NCBI GenBank assembly: GCA_964291625.2
Contig: OZ220089.1
Span: forward strand, 3,808,001-3,872,000
Direction: 5' to 3'
Length of the DNA stretch: 64,000 nt
Origin: Candidatus Latescibacterota bacterium
GTDB taxonomy: Bacteria > Latescibacterota > UBA2968 > UBA8231
Both the position numbers and the translations under genes were made by a program. Below, piece after piece: positions 38,349-47,310 of the stretch (its first letter is position 1; every line of letters begins with the position of its first letter). The notes beneath the pieces are model-generated. The model searched no databases and was not told the origin of the DNA. It saw nothing but the letters and a program-made list of their open reading frames with translations.

Positions 38349-39185
38349 TCACTCCCACTCGCACTCGAAGTGCGAACGTTCCATGTGCCAGCGGTTGTCG
38401 AGCATCGCGTCCTGCCGGTGCAGGACCTGCAGCGAGCAGAACCGCTGCAGCGAGCTGGCCGGGTAGTCGAAGGTGAACTCCTGGACCCCCTTGCGGTCGG
38501 CCGCGGGGATGTCCGCCTCGGTGTAGATGTTCGGCCGCGTCGAGGTGAAGACCAGGGCGCGCTTGGCCCCGGGCACCTTCAGCGGCACGCGGGCCACGAA
38601 ACTGACGCGGCGCACCTGTTTCGGCAACAGCAGGTCGGTGTTGTCCACCGCCGTGCCGCGGCGCCCCGCCCGGGCGAGTACGTCCGCGAGGCTGCCGAAG
38701 AACACGCGCTCGCGGTCGCCGTCGGGGATGATCAGGTAGAGGTAGGCCCGGTGCGCCCGGGCGGAGACCGCCGCGCCGCCGAGGCCCTCGAAGTCCATGT
38801 GGATGGCCAGGTCGAGGGAACGGTTCGGCGGCAGGGCGTGGAGCGACATGGCCTGGATGACCTTCTCGGTGACCCCGCTCTTCTTGAGGCGCACCAGCGA
38901 GCCGACCGAGGCGTCGCAGGCGCAGCGGCGCTCCTCGAGCATCTTGAGGATCATCTCCTCGCTGAACTTCGCCTCCGTGAGGGAGACGATGTCGTGGAGG
39001 CTCATGGGGAGCTGGTCGGAGCGCTCGTACAGGGGCGGCAGCGCGCCGCCCTCCCAGTCGACGATGTTGAAGACGTACCCCGGCGGCAGGGTGCGGCCGC
39101 CGCCGGCGGGGCTGGCCGTCTGGGCCGGGGCGGCCCCGGCGGCGAGCAGCACCAGGGCCGCGGCGCCGGTGAGGAATCCCGTCAT
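38349..39185 (-). CDS. Hypothetical exported protein
   Basis: Signal peptide (AAPAQ), coding-like codon bias, within the minus-strand operon. Confidence 0.6.
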   Translation of the reverse strand: MTGFLTGAAALVLLAAGAAPAQTASPAGGGRTLPPGYVFNIVDWEGGALPPLYERSDQLPMSLHDIVSLTEAKFSEEMILKMLEERRCACDASVGSLVRLKKSGVTEKVIQAMSLHALPPNRSLDLAIHMDFEGLGGAAVSARAHRAYLYLIIPDGDRERVFFGSLADVLARAGRRGTAVDNTDLLLPKQVRRVSFVARVPLKVPGAKRALVFTSTRPNIYTEADIPAADRKGVQEFTFDYPASSLQRFCSLQVLHRQDAMLDNRWHMERSHFECEWE

Positions 39186-39207
39186 CGCTTGGTCGATCCT
39201 TCCTTCT

Positions 39208-40563
39208 TCAGCGGAAGCTGCGCCAGCTGAGGAATACGGGGTGCTCGCCGTTCGCCTGCACGCCGGTGAACGCGTGCCGGTCGACGACACCGCCTTGTGC
39301 ATTGATAAACTCCAGAACCACCTCCCGCGTTCCCGGCGGCATCTGCATTCGAGCCATCCAGATGGTCCGCGGCAGGGCGAGCCAGCTGCGGGTGTCGGCC
39401 GCCTCGGTGCCGGCGCCGAAGAGGTTGATCAGGGCCCCGAGGACCTCGCTCTCCTCCTCGGCGGCCTCCTTGGCCAGCCACTTGGCCGCGGCCCGGGCCA
39501 CCGTGCGCCGCAGGATGACGTCCTCCTTGTCGCGCAGGGTGCGCCCGGCGATGGCGTCCAGGTCCTCCACCAGCCAGCCGCGGGCCTGGGCGTCGCCGGC
39601 GCGCAGGCGCACGCCGGCGACCTCGCTGCGGGCGGGCTCGTACACGGGCAGGGCCACCCGCAGCCAGTACTCCACCTTGCCCCTGTACCCGGAATGGTAC
39701 TGCCGCACGGCGCGGTCGGAGATCGTCCAGACCTCCGTGAGCTGGCCGCCCTTGGTGATCGGCACGTTGATCTCGCTCTGTCCCTTGCGCCCCACGAAGC
39801 CGGTCTCGGCGAAGACGGTCACCGTGCCGGGCCCCAGGGGCGGGGCCCCGGAGGCTTCGGGGTCGAGGCCCCAGCGCTCCTGCAGCTCCGTCCACTCGGG
39901 CTCGAAACCGAGTACCGCGGTGGTGCGGCGCAGGTCGGCGGCCAGGCTCGGCGGCGGCGCCAGGCCGAAGGCGTCGGCGTACGCGGCGTAGCCCTTGACC
40001 GCGTCCCGGTAGGAGATGTAGGCGTCGTTGACCTCGCCCCCGGCCTCGTAGAGGAGGCCGGTGAGGTACTGCATGAAGGCGTCGTTGCGGTAGCCGAGCT
40101 CGTACTCGGCGGCCTCGGCGAAATCGGCGAGACGCAGGTTCGCCTTGCGGCACTCGACGAGGGCGCCCTGGTGGTCGCCGAGGTAGTGGTAGTTCAGGGC
40201 CCGGTAGTAGTGGATGAGGACGCGCTCGTACTCCTCGCCCGAGTAGGCGCGGATGGCGTCGTTGGTGAGCAGGGCCGCCACCTCGCGGCTGATGGAGCGA
40301 GTGTAGTGCCGGTCGATGAGCTTCTCGGCCTTCTCGAACTGGCCGTTGGAGCCCGTGTAGTCGCCGGCGTAGTGGAGGATCAGCCCCTTCTCCAGCCGGT
40401 AGAGGAGCATGTTGGTGTCGCCCAACGGCTTGTCGAGCTTGCTCAGCGCCCCCTCCCAGTCGCGGCTCTGCACGCGCCCCAGGCTCTTGCCCATGGTGCG
40501 CGAGTAGCCGGCGGCGCAGCCGGCCAGGACCGCCGCCAGGAGCAGGACCACGCCCGCCCGCAT
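39208..40563 (-). CDS. COG3014-like TPR lipoprotein
   Basis: Lipobox LAGC, LYRLEKG, AYSGEEYE, ALVECRK, TEAADTRSWLALP; this family usually neighbours lpoB. Confidence 0.78.
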   Translation of the reverse strand: MRAGVVLLLAAVLAGCAAGYSRTMGKSLGRVQSRDWEGALSKLDKPLGDTNMLLYRLEKGLILHYAGDYTGSNGQFEKAEKLIDRHYTRSISREVAALLTNDAIRAYSGEEYERVLIHYYRALNYHYLGDHQGALVECRKANLRLADFAEAAEYELGYRNDAFMQYLTGLLYEAGGEVNDAYISYRDAVKGYAAYADAFGLAPPPSLAADLRRTTAVLGFEPEWTELQERWGLDPEASGAPPLGPGTVTVFAETGFVGRKGQSEINVPITKGGQLTEVWTISDRAVRQYHSGYRGKVEYWLRVALPVYEPARSEVAGVRLRAGDAQARGWLVEDLDAIAGRTLRDKEDVILRRTVARAAAKWLAKEAAEEESEVLGALINLFGAGTEAADTRSWLALPRTIWMARMQMPPGTREVVLEFINAQGGVVDRHAFTGVQANGEHPVFLSWRSFR

Positions 40564-40709
40564 CCAGGCCCCCTGTCCCGTCATCCCTGATCCGGCCTCA
40601 TGCCACGCTCCCGGGCGCGCGTACGCCGGCGCCGGTGCCGTCGGTATGCACACCCCCGTTAGGATGCCCTGCCGCTCCCCGCCGTTCCCCACTCTCCCAT
40701 CCCCCCGGC

Positions 40710-41084
40710 TCAGGCGCCGGGCCGTTCCACGGTGATCTCCATGCCGTCGCGCACGCCGGCCAGCACCCTCGGGTCCTCCTCCAGCCGGCCCAGCAGGTTG
40801 ACCTCGGTCACCAGCCGGCACTCGTCCCCGCGGGAGGCCGGCGTCGGACCGTAGGGCAGGGCCAGGGAGCGGCCTTCCACCCAGAAGCAGACGGTCCCGG
40901 GATCGACGACCTGGGCCGCGTCCGCCTCGAGGGCGGCCTCCACGCCGGTGTCGAAGTAGACCTCCTCGCCCCAGGTGCTGGCCCGGGAGCGGATCGGCAG
41001 GGCCGCCAGCAGGGCCCGCGACGTGGGTGTGTCGTCGAGATCGGCGTGGGCCTGGCCGCCGGGCCAGCTCAGTCGGATGCGCAT
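40710..41084 (-). CDS. Cyclophilin-like fold protein (DUF369/TM1367 type)
   Basis: ALPI...STWGEEVYF, GTVCFWVEG..LALPYGPTP.S. Confidence 0.8.
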   Translation of the reverse strand: MRIRLSWPGGQAHADLDDTPTSRALLAALPIRSRASTWGEEVYFDTGVEAALEADAAQVVDPGTVCFWVEGRSLALPYGPTPASRGDECRLVTEVNLLGRLEEDPRVLAGVRDGMEITVERPGA

Positions 41085-41150
41085 CTCCCTCTCCTTTCGT
41101 GCCCGCACTAATCTGGCGGACCCCTCCCGGCGCCGCTACCATTGCCGCCC

Positions 41151-42206
41151 ATGACCTCAACCGATCCCGTGGTCGCCGCCGTGGTCGGCTACGGCTACGC
41201 CGGCCGCTGCTTCCACTCGTACCTGGTCCGCCTCGCCGAGCCCGGGCTGTCCCTGAAGGGCGTCGTCTCCAGCCGCCCGGAGGCGCGAGAGGCGATCGCC
41301 GCCGAGGGCCTGCGCGCCTGGGAGCGCTTCGAGGAGGTCCTCGCCGACGACGAGGTGGAGCTGGTGGTGCTGGCCACCCCGAACGACCTGCACGCGCCCC
41401 AGGCGATCGCCGCCCTCGAGGGCGGCAAGCACGTGGTCACCGACAAGCCCATGAGCCTCGACGGCGCCGAGGCCGACGCCATGATCGCCGCCTCGCGCCG
41501 GGCCGGCCGCCTGCTGTCGGTCTTCCAGAACCGCCGCTGGGACGGCGACTACCTCACGGTGCGGCAGCTGCTGGCCGAGGGGGCCCTGGGCGATCTCGTC
41601 TACGCCCAGCTCGCCTGGGGGCAGTACGGGGCGCCGCGCTCCTGGAGGGGGCGGGCGGCCAGCGGCGGCGGCAAGTTCGTCGACCTCGGGGCCCACATGA
41701 TCGACCAGGCCCTGCTGCTGGCCCCCGGCCCGCTGCAGCGGGTCTACGCCCGGCTCTCCGACGCCGGCCTCGACAACGACGTGGAGGACCATGCCCACTG
41801 CGTCCTCTCCTTCGGCGGCGGCGCCGAGATCCACGTGGTCACCTCCTCCATCGCCCGGATCCCCATGCCGCGCTGGTACGTCCTCGGCACCGACGGCGCC
41901 CTGACCAAGGAGGGGCTGGACCCGCAGGAGGCGGCCATGGTGGCCGGCGACATCGACTCGGCGCGCGAGGAGGACCGCCTCCTCTGGCCGCGCCTGTCGC
42001 GCCACCGGGACGGCCGCCCCCTGGAGGAGGTGCTCGAGCCGGTGGCCGGCCGCTGGCGCTCCTACTACGAGAACGTGGCCGCCGCCATCCGGGGCCGGGA
42101 GGAGCTGGCGGTCACGGCGGAGAGCGTCCGCGCCGTCATGGGCGTCATCGACGCCGCCCGCGAGTCGGCCCGCAGCGGCCGCGCCGTGGAGATCGCCGCC
42201 TCTTGA
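41151..42206 (+). CDS. Gfo/Idh/MocA oxidoreductase
   Basis: VGYGYAG, ATPNDLH, GKHVVTDKP, FQNRRWDGD, DLGAHMIDQ. Confidence 0.93.
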   Translation: MTSTDPVVAAVVGYGYAGRCFHSYLVRLAEPGLSLKGVVSSRPEAREAIAAEGLRAWERFEEVLADDEVELVVLATPNDLHAPQAIAALEGGKHVVTDKPMSLDGAEADAMIAASRRAGRLLSVFQNRRWDGDYLTVRQLLAEGALGDLVYAQLAWGQYGAPRSWRGRAASGGGKFVDLGAHMIDQALLLAPGPLQRVYARLSDAGLDNDVEDHAHCVLSFGGGAEIHVVTSSIARIPMPRWYVLGTDGALTKEGLDPQEAAMVAGDIDSAREEDRLLWPRLSRHRDGRPLEEVLEPVAGRWRSYYENVAAAIRGREELAVTAESVRAVMGVIDAARESARSGRAVEIAAS

Positions 42207-43153
42207 GCGCCGCCGCCGGCGGGTCTCCCGCCACGCCCGTGGAACCCGTCTGGCAGGTCCCCGCGCCCCTCTCCACCCACCCTGTGCGCGTCGACGACGA
42301 CACCGTCATCATCCTGCGGCGGCACGGGAATCCCTCGGGGCCCCGGCTCGTCCTCAGCCACGGGAACGGACTCGCCATCGACCTCTACTACCCGTTCTGG
42401 TCCCTCCTGGCGGCCGACTTCGACCTGGTGGTCCACGACCTGAGGAACCACGGCTGGAACGGCGCCGGAGCCCTGGAAGCCCACGACTTCGACGCCTTCG
42501 CCCGGGACCATGATCGCATTTCGGAAGCGATCGCCGCGCTCTTCGGCGACAAACCCACCGTCGGCGTCTTCCATTCCATCTCGGCCCTGGCCGGGCTGCA
42601 CCTTCCTTCGCGGGGCGGCCACTACTCCGCCATGGTGCTCTTCGCTCCCCCCCTCTGCAGCCCCGGCACCGGGTACACGCAGATCGAGCTGCAGGCCGGG
42701 AGAATGGCCGGCATGCTCCGGCGCCGTGCAACGAGGTTTCGAGCCAGGGAAGACCTCGTGGAGCTGCATACCTGGCTGCCCTATTTCCAGCGGGCCGTGC
42801 CCGGCGTGCTGGAGCTGTTGGCCAGGACCCTCCTCAAGGAGTCGGAGACCGGAGAGGGCTACGAGCTTCGATGTCCTCGCGAGCACGAGGCCCGGATCTG
42901 GGACCAGGCCCCGGGGCCGGCGGTGTCGGTGGACTTCGGCTCCCTGCGATGCCCCACCACGGTCATCCGCTCCGATCCCGCCCTGGAGCCGGACCGTCCG
43001 GAGTTCAACCCTCCTGACGCCGCGGGTGTCGACCACGAGTTCCTCCCTGGAACGACACACTTCCTGCAGCTCGAGAAGCCGGAGGAATGCGTCGCGGCGA
43101 CGCTGGAGTTCCTCGCGCGGCAGGGCATCGTCGAGGAGAGCGCCGCCCCTTGA
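42203..43153 (+). CDS. Alpha/beta hydrolase
   Basis: LSHGNG, DLRNHG, nucleophile elbow FHSIS, GTTHFLQLEKP; TTGA overlap. Confidence 0.82.
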   Translation: MSAAAGGSPATPVEPVWQVPAPLSTHPVRVDDDTVIILRRHGNPSGPRLVLSHGNGLAIDLYYPFWSLLAADFDLVVHDLRNHGWNGAGALEAHDFDAFARDHDRISEAIAALFGDKPTVGVFHSISALAGLHLPSRGGHYSAMVLFAPPLCSPGTGYTQIELQAGRMAGMLRRRATRFRAREDLVELHTWLPYFQRAVPGVLELLARTLLKESETGEGYELRCPREHEARIWDQAPGPAVSVDFGSLRCPTTVIRSDPALEPDRPEFNPPDAAGVDHEFLPGTTHFLQLEKPEECVAATLEFLARQGIVEESAAP

Positions 43154-43758
43154 GCCGGCGCCGCCGGCAGGTCTCCGGCCTCGAGGAGTCCGGCTTCGAG
43201 GTCCGCAGCCGCGACCTCCACATCCCATACGACGAGTACGCCCGCCGCCCCAAGTTCCCCGTCGTCCTGGTGCTGGACAACCTGCGCTCCGCCTTCAACG
43301 TGGGGGCCCTCTTCCGGGTCGCCGACACCGCCCGGCTGGCGGGGCTGCTCACCTGCGGCCACACCGCCCATCCGCCCCATCCGCGCCTCGACAAGACCGC
43401 CCTCGGCAGCCTCGACTACGTGGCCGGCGGGCACTTCCCGACGACGGAGGAGGCCGTCGGCCGTCTGCGGGACGACGGCGTCCCCGTGTGGGCCCTGGAG
43501 ACGACGTCGCGCAGCCGCCACTACGCGCGGGTGAGCTACCCGCGGCCGGTGGCCCTCGTTCTCGGCAACGAGGCCCTCGGGGTGCAGCCCTCGGTGCTGG
43601 AGAGCTGCGACGAGCTGGTGGAGGTGCCCGTCTTCGGCTTCAAGAACTCCCTCAACGTCGCCGCCGCCGCGGCGGTCGTGGTCTACGAGATCCTGCGCCA
43701 GTGGGACTACGAGCCCGGGGACGAGGCCGCGGCCTTGCGCTTCTGCAGTCGGAGGTAG
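43150..43758 (+). CDS. TrmH/SpoU family RNA methyltransferase
   Basis: VLDNLRSAFNVGALFR, LVLGNEALGV, NSLNVAAAA. Confidence 0.9.
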   Translation: MSRRRRQVSGLEESGFEVRSRDLHIPYDEYARRPKFPVVLVLDNLRSAFNVGALFRVADTARLAGLLTCGHTAHPPHPRLDKTALGSLDYVAGGHFPTTEEAVGRLRDDGVPVWALETTSRSRHYARVSYPRPVALVLGNEALGVQPSVLESCDELVEVPVFGFKNSLNVAAAAAVVVYEILRQWDYEPGDEAAALRFCSRR

Positions 43759-44975
43759 CGGCGGGCCAGGTCGCGGGTGCCCTCGTGGTCGGGCAGCTCG
43801 AGGACGCGCCGGAAGCGGACCCCGGCGGCGTCGAGGTCGCCCAGCTCCTCCAGGGCGATCCCCATGTAGAGGTTGGCCATCGGCACGTACCCCCGGACCG
43901 ACTGGACCTTCGCCTTCTTCCCGAGTCCGTAGGAGAGGCTGTCGGCGGCGGCCAGGGCGCGCACCGCATGCCGGAGCCGGGCCTGGCGCTGGGCGTGGCG
44001 GCCGATGTAGTAGAGGGCCTCGATGTGGCCCCGCGTGTGGTATCCCCGGTCGCCGCCGCGGCTGCGGCGCGCCACCTCCTCGTAGACCGCCGCGCCCTCG
44101 CGCCAGCGCCCGACGCCGACGAGGGCGCGCCCGACGTAGCGGTGAAAGAGGGAGTTGTCCGGGTAGCGCCGGTGAAGCTGCTGGAGGTAGGGCAGGGCGG
44201 CGGCGTCGTCCTCCTCGAAGAGGCGGTGGATCTGGGCCAGGAAGTAGAGGGCCTCGGTGCGGGCGTAGCGCCCCTCGCGGCCCACCTGCCGAAGCTGCTC
44301 CAGCCCGAGCTCCTTGTCGCCGCCGGGGAGCAGCAACATGACCGGCCGCACCACCGGGTGGCGCCGGGGGATCACCTCGGCGAAGTAGTTGTAGACCCCC
44401 TGGCCGAAGAGGATGTCCTTGTTCTCCGGCTCCAGGCTGCGGCTCTTCTCCAGCAGCGGCAGGGAGAGCAGCCCGTCGTGGGCCGCCTTCAGGAACTGGC
44501 GCCGGTCGCCGCGCAGCCGCCCCCGGAAGCCGATGGCGCCGCCCTTGAAGAGGATGGCGTCGAAGTCGTCGGGGTCGGCCTCCAGCCGCCGGTCGCAGAC
44601 GTCGATGCAGCGCTGCAGCAGCGCGTAGAACGCCTCGTCGTGGGAGCGGTCCTCCAGGTCGACGAGGATCCGCCACCAGGTGACCGAGGCCAGGAAGAAG
44701 TGGCCCAGGGGGTGGTCCGGATCGGCGGCGATGATGCCCTCGAAGTAGCGCTCGGCCTCTTCGAAGCGCAGGCTGTAGATCAGGTCGATGCCGGCGTGGA
44801 TGCGCGGGTCGGAGGGGCCGCGCAGGGTGAAGGGGGCGTCCGGTGCGGGCTGCTCCTGTGCCCCGGCCCCCGGGGGCTGCAGCAGGATCCCCGCCAGGGT
44901 CAGGGCGCCGAAGGCTCGGGCGGGGCGGATTGCGGCCCTCCGAATCAGTCCGCTTGTTATGCCGGCTCGGCTCAT
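43707..44975 (-). CDS. Exported tetratricopeptide-repeat protein
   Basis: Signal-like N-terminus; repeated helical TPR pattern (FEEAERYF..DPDHPLG, ALYFLAQI, NLYMGIAL). Confidence 0.75.
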   Translation of the reverse strand: MSRAGITSGLIRRAAIRPARAFGALTLAGILLQPPGAGAQEQPAPDAPFTLRGPSDPRIHAGIDLIYSLRFEEAERYFEGIIAADPDHPLGHFFLASVTWWRILVDLEDRSHDEAFYALLQRCIDVCDRRLEADPDDFDAILFKGGAIGFRGRLRGDRRQFLKAAHDGLLSLPLLEKSRSLEPENKDILFGQGVYNYFAEVIPRRHPVVRPVMLLLPGGDKELGLEQLRQVGREGRYARTEALYFLAQIHRLFEEDDAAALPYLQQLHRRYPDNSLFHRYVGRALVGVGRWREGAAVYEEVARRSRGGDRGYHTRGHIEALYYIGRHAQRQARLRHAVRALAAADSLSYGLGKKAKVQSVRGYVPMANLYMGIALEELGDLDAAGVRFRRVLELPDHEGTRDLARRYLRLQKRKAAASSPGS

Positions 44976-45044
44976 GGGAGGCGGAACGGGCGGAGACGGG
45001 GGGAGTCCATGCAAGTGGGAGGCATCATGGGGAAAGGGTACGAC

Positions 45045-46430
45045 ATGTCCGCATCGGGCATCGATCACGACGTCATCGTCGTCGGCGGCGGGTCGGCGGG
45101 GTACGCGGCGGCGCGCACGGCCCGCGACGAGGGCGCCGACGTGGCCATCGTCGACCCGGGGCCGCTGGGAGGCCTGTGCATCCTGCGGGGCTGCATGCCG
45201 AGCAAGTCGGTGCTGCGCTCCTCGGACGTCATGTCCCTGATCCGCCGGGCCCCGGAGTTCGGCCTGTCGGCGCCGGATCCCGGCGCCGACCTGGAGGCGA
45301 TCATCGACCGCAAGGACCGCCTGATCCGCGAGTTCGCCGACTACCGCGTCGAGCAGCTGCGCGGCTTCACCCTCTATGAGTCACCGGCGCGCTTCACCGG
45401 TTCCCGCCAGATCGAGGTCGGCGGCCGCCGGCTGCGGGCCCGCGCCTTCGTCATCGCCACCGGGTCCGCCATCAGCCGGCCGCCGATCCCCGGCCTGGAG
45501 GAGACCGGTTTCATCACCTCCGACGACGCCCTCGACCTGCGCGATCTGCCCGAATCGATGGTCGTCCTCGGCGGCGGCCCCATCGCCTGCGAGCTGGCCC
45601 AGTTCTACTGCCGCCTCGGCGTGAGGACGGTGATGATCCAGCGCAGCGGCCACATCCTGTCGCAGACCGACGAGGACCTGGCGCGCCCCGTGGAGGCCCG
45701 TTTCCGCGAGGAGGGCATGGAGCTCTACACCGGCACGAAGCTGCACCGCCTCGAGCGCGCCGACGGCGCGGCCTCGGTCCACTTCCGCCACGGCGAGGAG
45801 GAGCGCACCGCCTCGGGGCAGGTCGTCTTCCAGGCCCTGGGCCGGCGGCCGAACACCGACGGCCTCGGCCTGGACGCCGCCGGCGTGGAGGTCGACCGCC
45901 GCATCCTCGTGGACGACGCCATGCGCACCAGCCAGCCCCACATCTTCGCCGCCGGCGACGTCAACGGCCTCCACGAGATCGTCCACATCGCCGTGCTCCA
46001 GGGCGAGGCGGCCGGCTACAACGCCGTCCACCTGCAGGGGGAGCCGCGGCGCCTCGACTCGCGCCTCGACATGGCCGTCACCTTCACCGACCCGGCGGTG
46101 GCCACCCTCGGCCGCCTGGAGAGGCAGTGCCGGGCCGAGGGCATCCCCCACCTGGCCGCCAGCTATCCCTTCGACGACCACGGCAAGTCGATGACCCTGG
46201 GCGAGCTGCACGGCCACGCCAAGATCCTCTGCGATCCCGCTACCGGCGAGATCCTCGGCGCCGGCATCGTCGGGCCCGAGGCCGGCGAGCTGATCCACGA
46301 GCTGGCCGCGGTGATGTACTTCCGCGGCACCGTGCGCCAACTGATGGAGATCCCCCACTACCACCCGACCCTGGCCGAGATCCTCACCTATCCCGCCGAG
46401 GAACTGGCCGACCAACTGCAGGGAGACTGA
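45045..46430 (+). CDS. Class I pyridine nucleotide-disulfide oxidoreductase (dihydrolipoamide dehydrogenase-like)
   Basis: VGGGSAG, GGLCILRGCMPSK redox disulfide, LGGGPIACE, FAAGD, HPTLAE. Confidence 0.92.
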   Translation: MSASGIDHDVIVVGGGSAGYAAARTARDEGADVAIVDPGPLGGLCILRGCMPSKSVLRSSDVMSLIRRAPEFGLSAPDPGADLEAIIDRKDRLIREFADYRVEQLRGFTLYESPARFTGSRQIEVGGRRLRARAFVIATGSAISRPPIPGLEETGFITSDDALDLRDLPESMVVLGGGPIACELAQFYCRLGVRTVMIQRSGHILSQTDEDLARPVEARFREEGMELYTGTKLHRLERADGAASVHFRHGEEERTASGQVVFQALGRRPNTDGLGLDAAGVEVDRRILVDDAMRTSQPHIFAAGDVNGLHEIVHIAVLQGEAAGYNAVHLQGEPRRLDSRLDMAVTFTDPAVATLGRLERQCRAEGIPHLAASYPFDDHGKSMTLGELHGHAKILCDPATGEILGAGIVGPEAGELIHELAAVMYFRGTVRQLMEIPHYHPTLAEILTYPAEELADQLQGD

Positions 46431-46433
46431 ACG

Positions 46434-46814
46434 ATGAAGATCCGCGGCACCGATTTCGTCTACTACCAGACCGGGGACATCGACCGGTCCATCGCCTTCT
46501 ACCGGGACACCCTCGGCCTCGAGCTGGAGGGCTACTACGAGCAGATGCGCTGGGCCGAGTTCGACGCCGGCAACACGACCCTGGTCCTCAACGACCCGTC
46601 GATCCTGGGCGTCGGCATCGAGCCCCGGCCCGGGGGAGGGGCGGCCGCCCTGGCCGTGGAGGACCTGGCCGCCGCCATGGAGGAGCTGGAGGGCAAGGAC
46701 GTGACCGTCGTCTTCCCGGCCCAGGAGAGCCCCATCTGCCATCTCTCCTGCATCGAGGACCCCGACGGCAACCACGTCTGGCTCCACCAGCGCAAGGACG
46801 GCACCTTCGGCTGA
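46434..46814 (+). CDS. VOC/glyoxalase family protein
   Basis: DRSIAFYRDTLGL, WAEFDAG, AVEDL, IEDPDGN. Confidence 0.9.
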   Translation: MKIRGTDFVYYQTGDIDRSIAFYRDTLGLELEGYYEQMRWAEFDAGNTTLVLNDPSILGVGIEPRPGGGAAALAVEDLAAAMEELEGKDVTVVFPAQESPICHLSCIEDPDGNHVWLHQRKDGTFG

Positions 46815-46887
46815 TCGCGGGGTATACCCACAGGATCTGACTACTGGCACCGCCCGTCTAACCTGTAGCGTATATTGGAGGACCCAA

Positions 46888-47310
46888 ATGGCGAGGAACC
46901 GTCCCCGTCCTCAACTCACCGATGACGAGCTTAGGACATTGGCCTCAAGAGCTCGCTATGAGGGAAGTGCCGAGCACAAGGTGGAGCGCTGGTGGGGAGG
47001 GCTTCCCGAGGGGAGTCAGATGCCCGGAGGGGGGACAGGAAGGCCCTGGAAGCAGAGCACCTCGATCTGTCCCCTCGTTGACCTCGCCGGAAAGAGGCGG
47101 GCTACAAGGATGCTCCGGAAGGCCATCACCAATGGTCAGTTCGAGTTTCTCGAGAGAGATAGAGACTTCCCCTCAAGGGTCTGGTACGAGGATAGGGAGG
47201 GCACACTCTGGAGTGGAAGTTGCTTCAACGGAGAGAGCGGAGAGTACAAGGGATGGCCCCTGACGCCTTCGGAGAAGCAGGACTTCAAGAAAAAGAAGAA
47301 GATCCCATGA
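46888..47310 (+). CDS. Small hypothetical protein, putative toxin/effector of module B
   Basis: RBS GGAGG; RYEGSAEHK..SICP..ATRMLRKAI..FPSRVWY..GEYKGWP; ATGA overlap with the downstream gene. Confidence 0.8.
   Translation: MARNRPRPQLTDDELRTLASRARYEGSAEHKVERWWGGLPEGSQMPGGGTGRPWKQSTSICPLVDLAGKRRATRMLRKAITNGQFEFLERDRDFPSRVWYEDREGTLWSGSCFNGESGEYKGWPLTPSEKQDFKKKKKIP

Noticed and set aside
42510-46430. 1306-aa giant ORF
   Set aside because: Only the part from 45045 is a real oxidoreductase; the rest overlaps three other genes.
45045-46430. Mercuric reductase merA
   Set aside because: No N-terminal HMA domain, no C-terminal Cys-Cys pair, HPTLAE rather than the MerA motif, and no mer genes.
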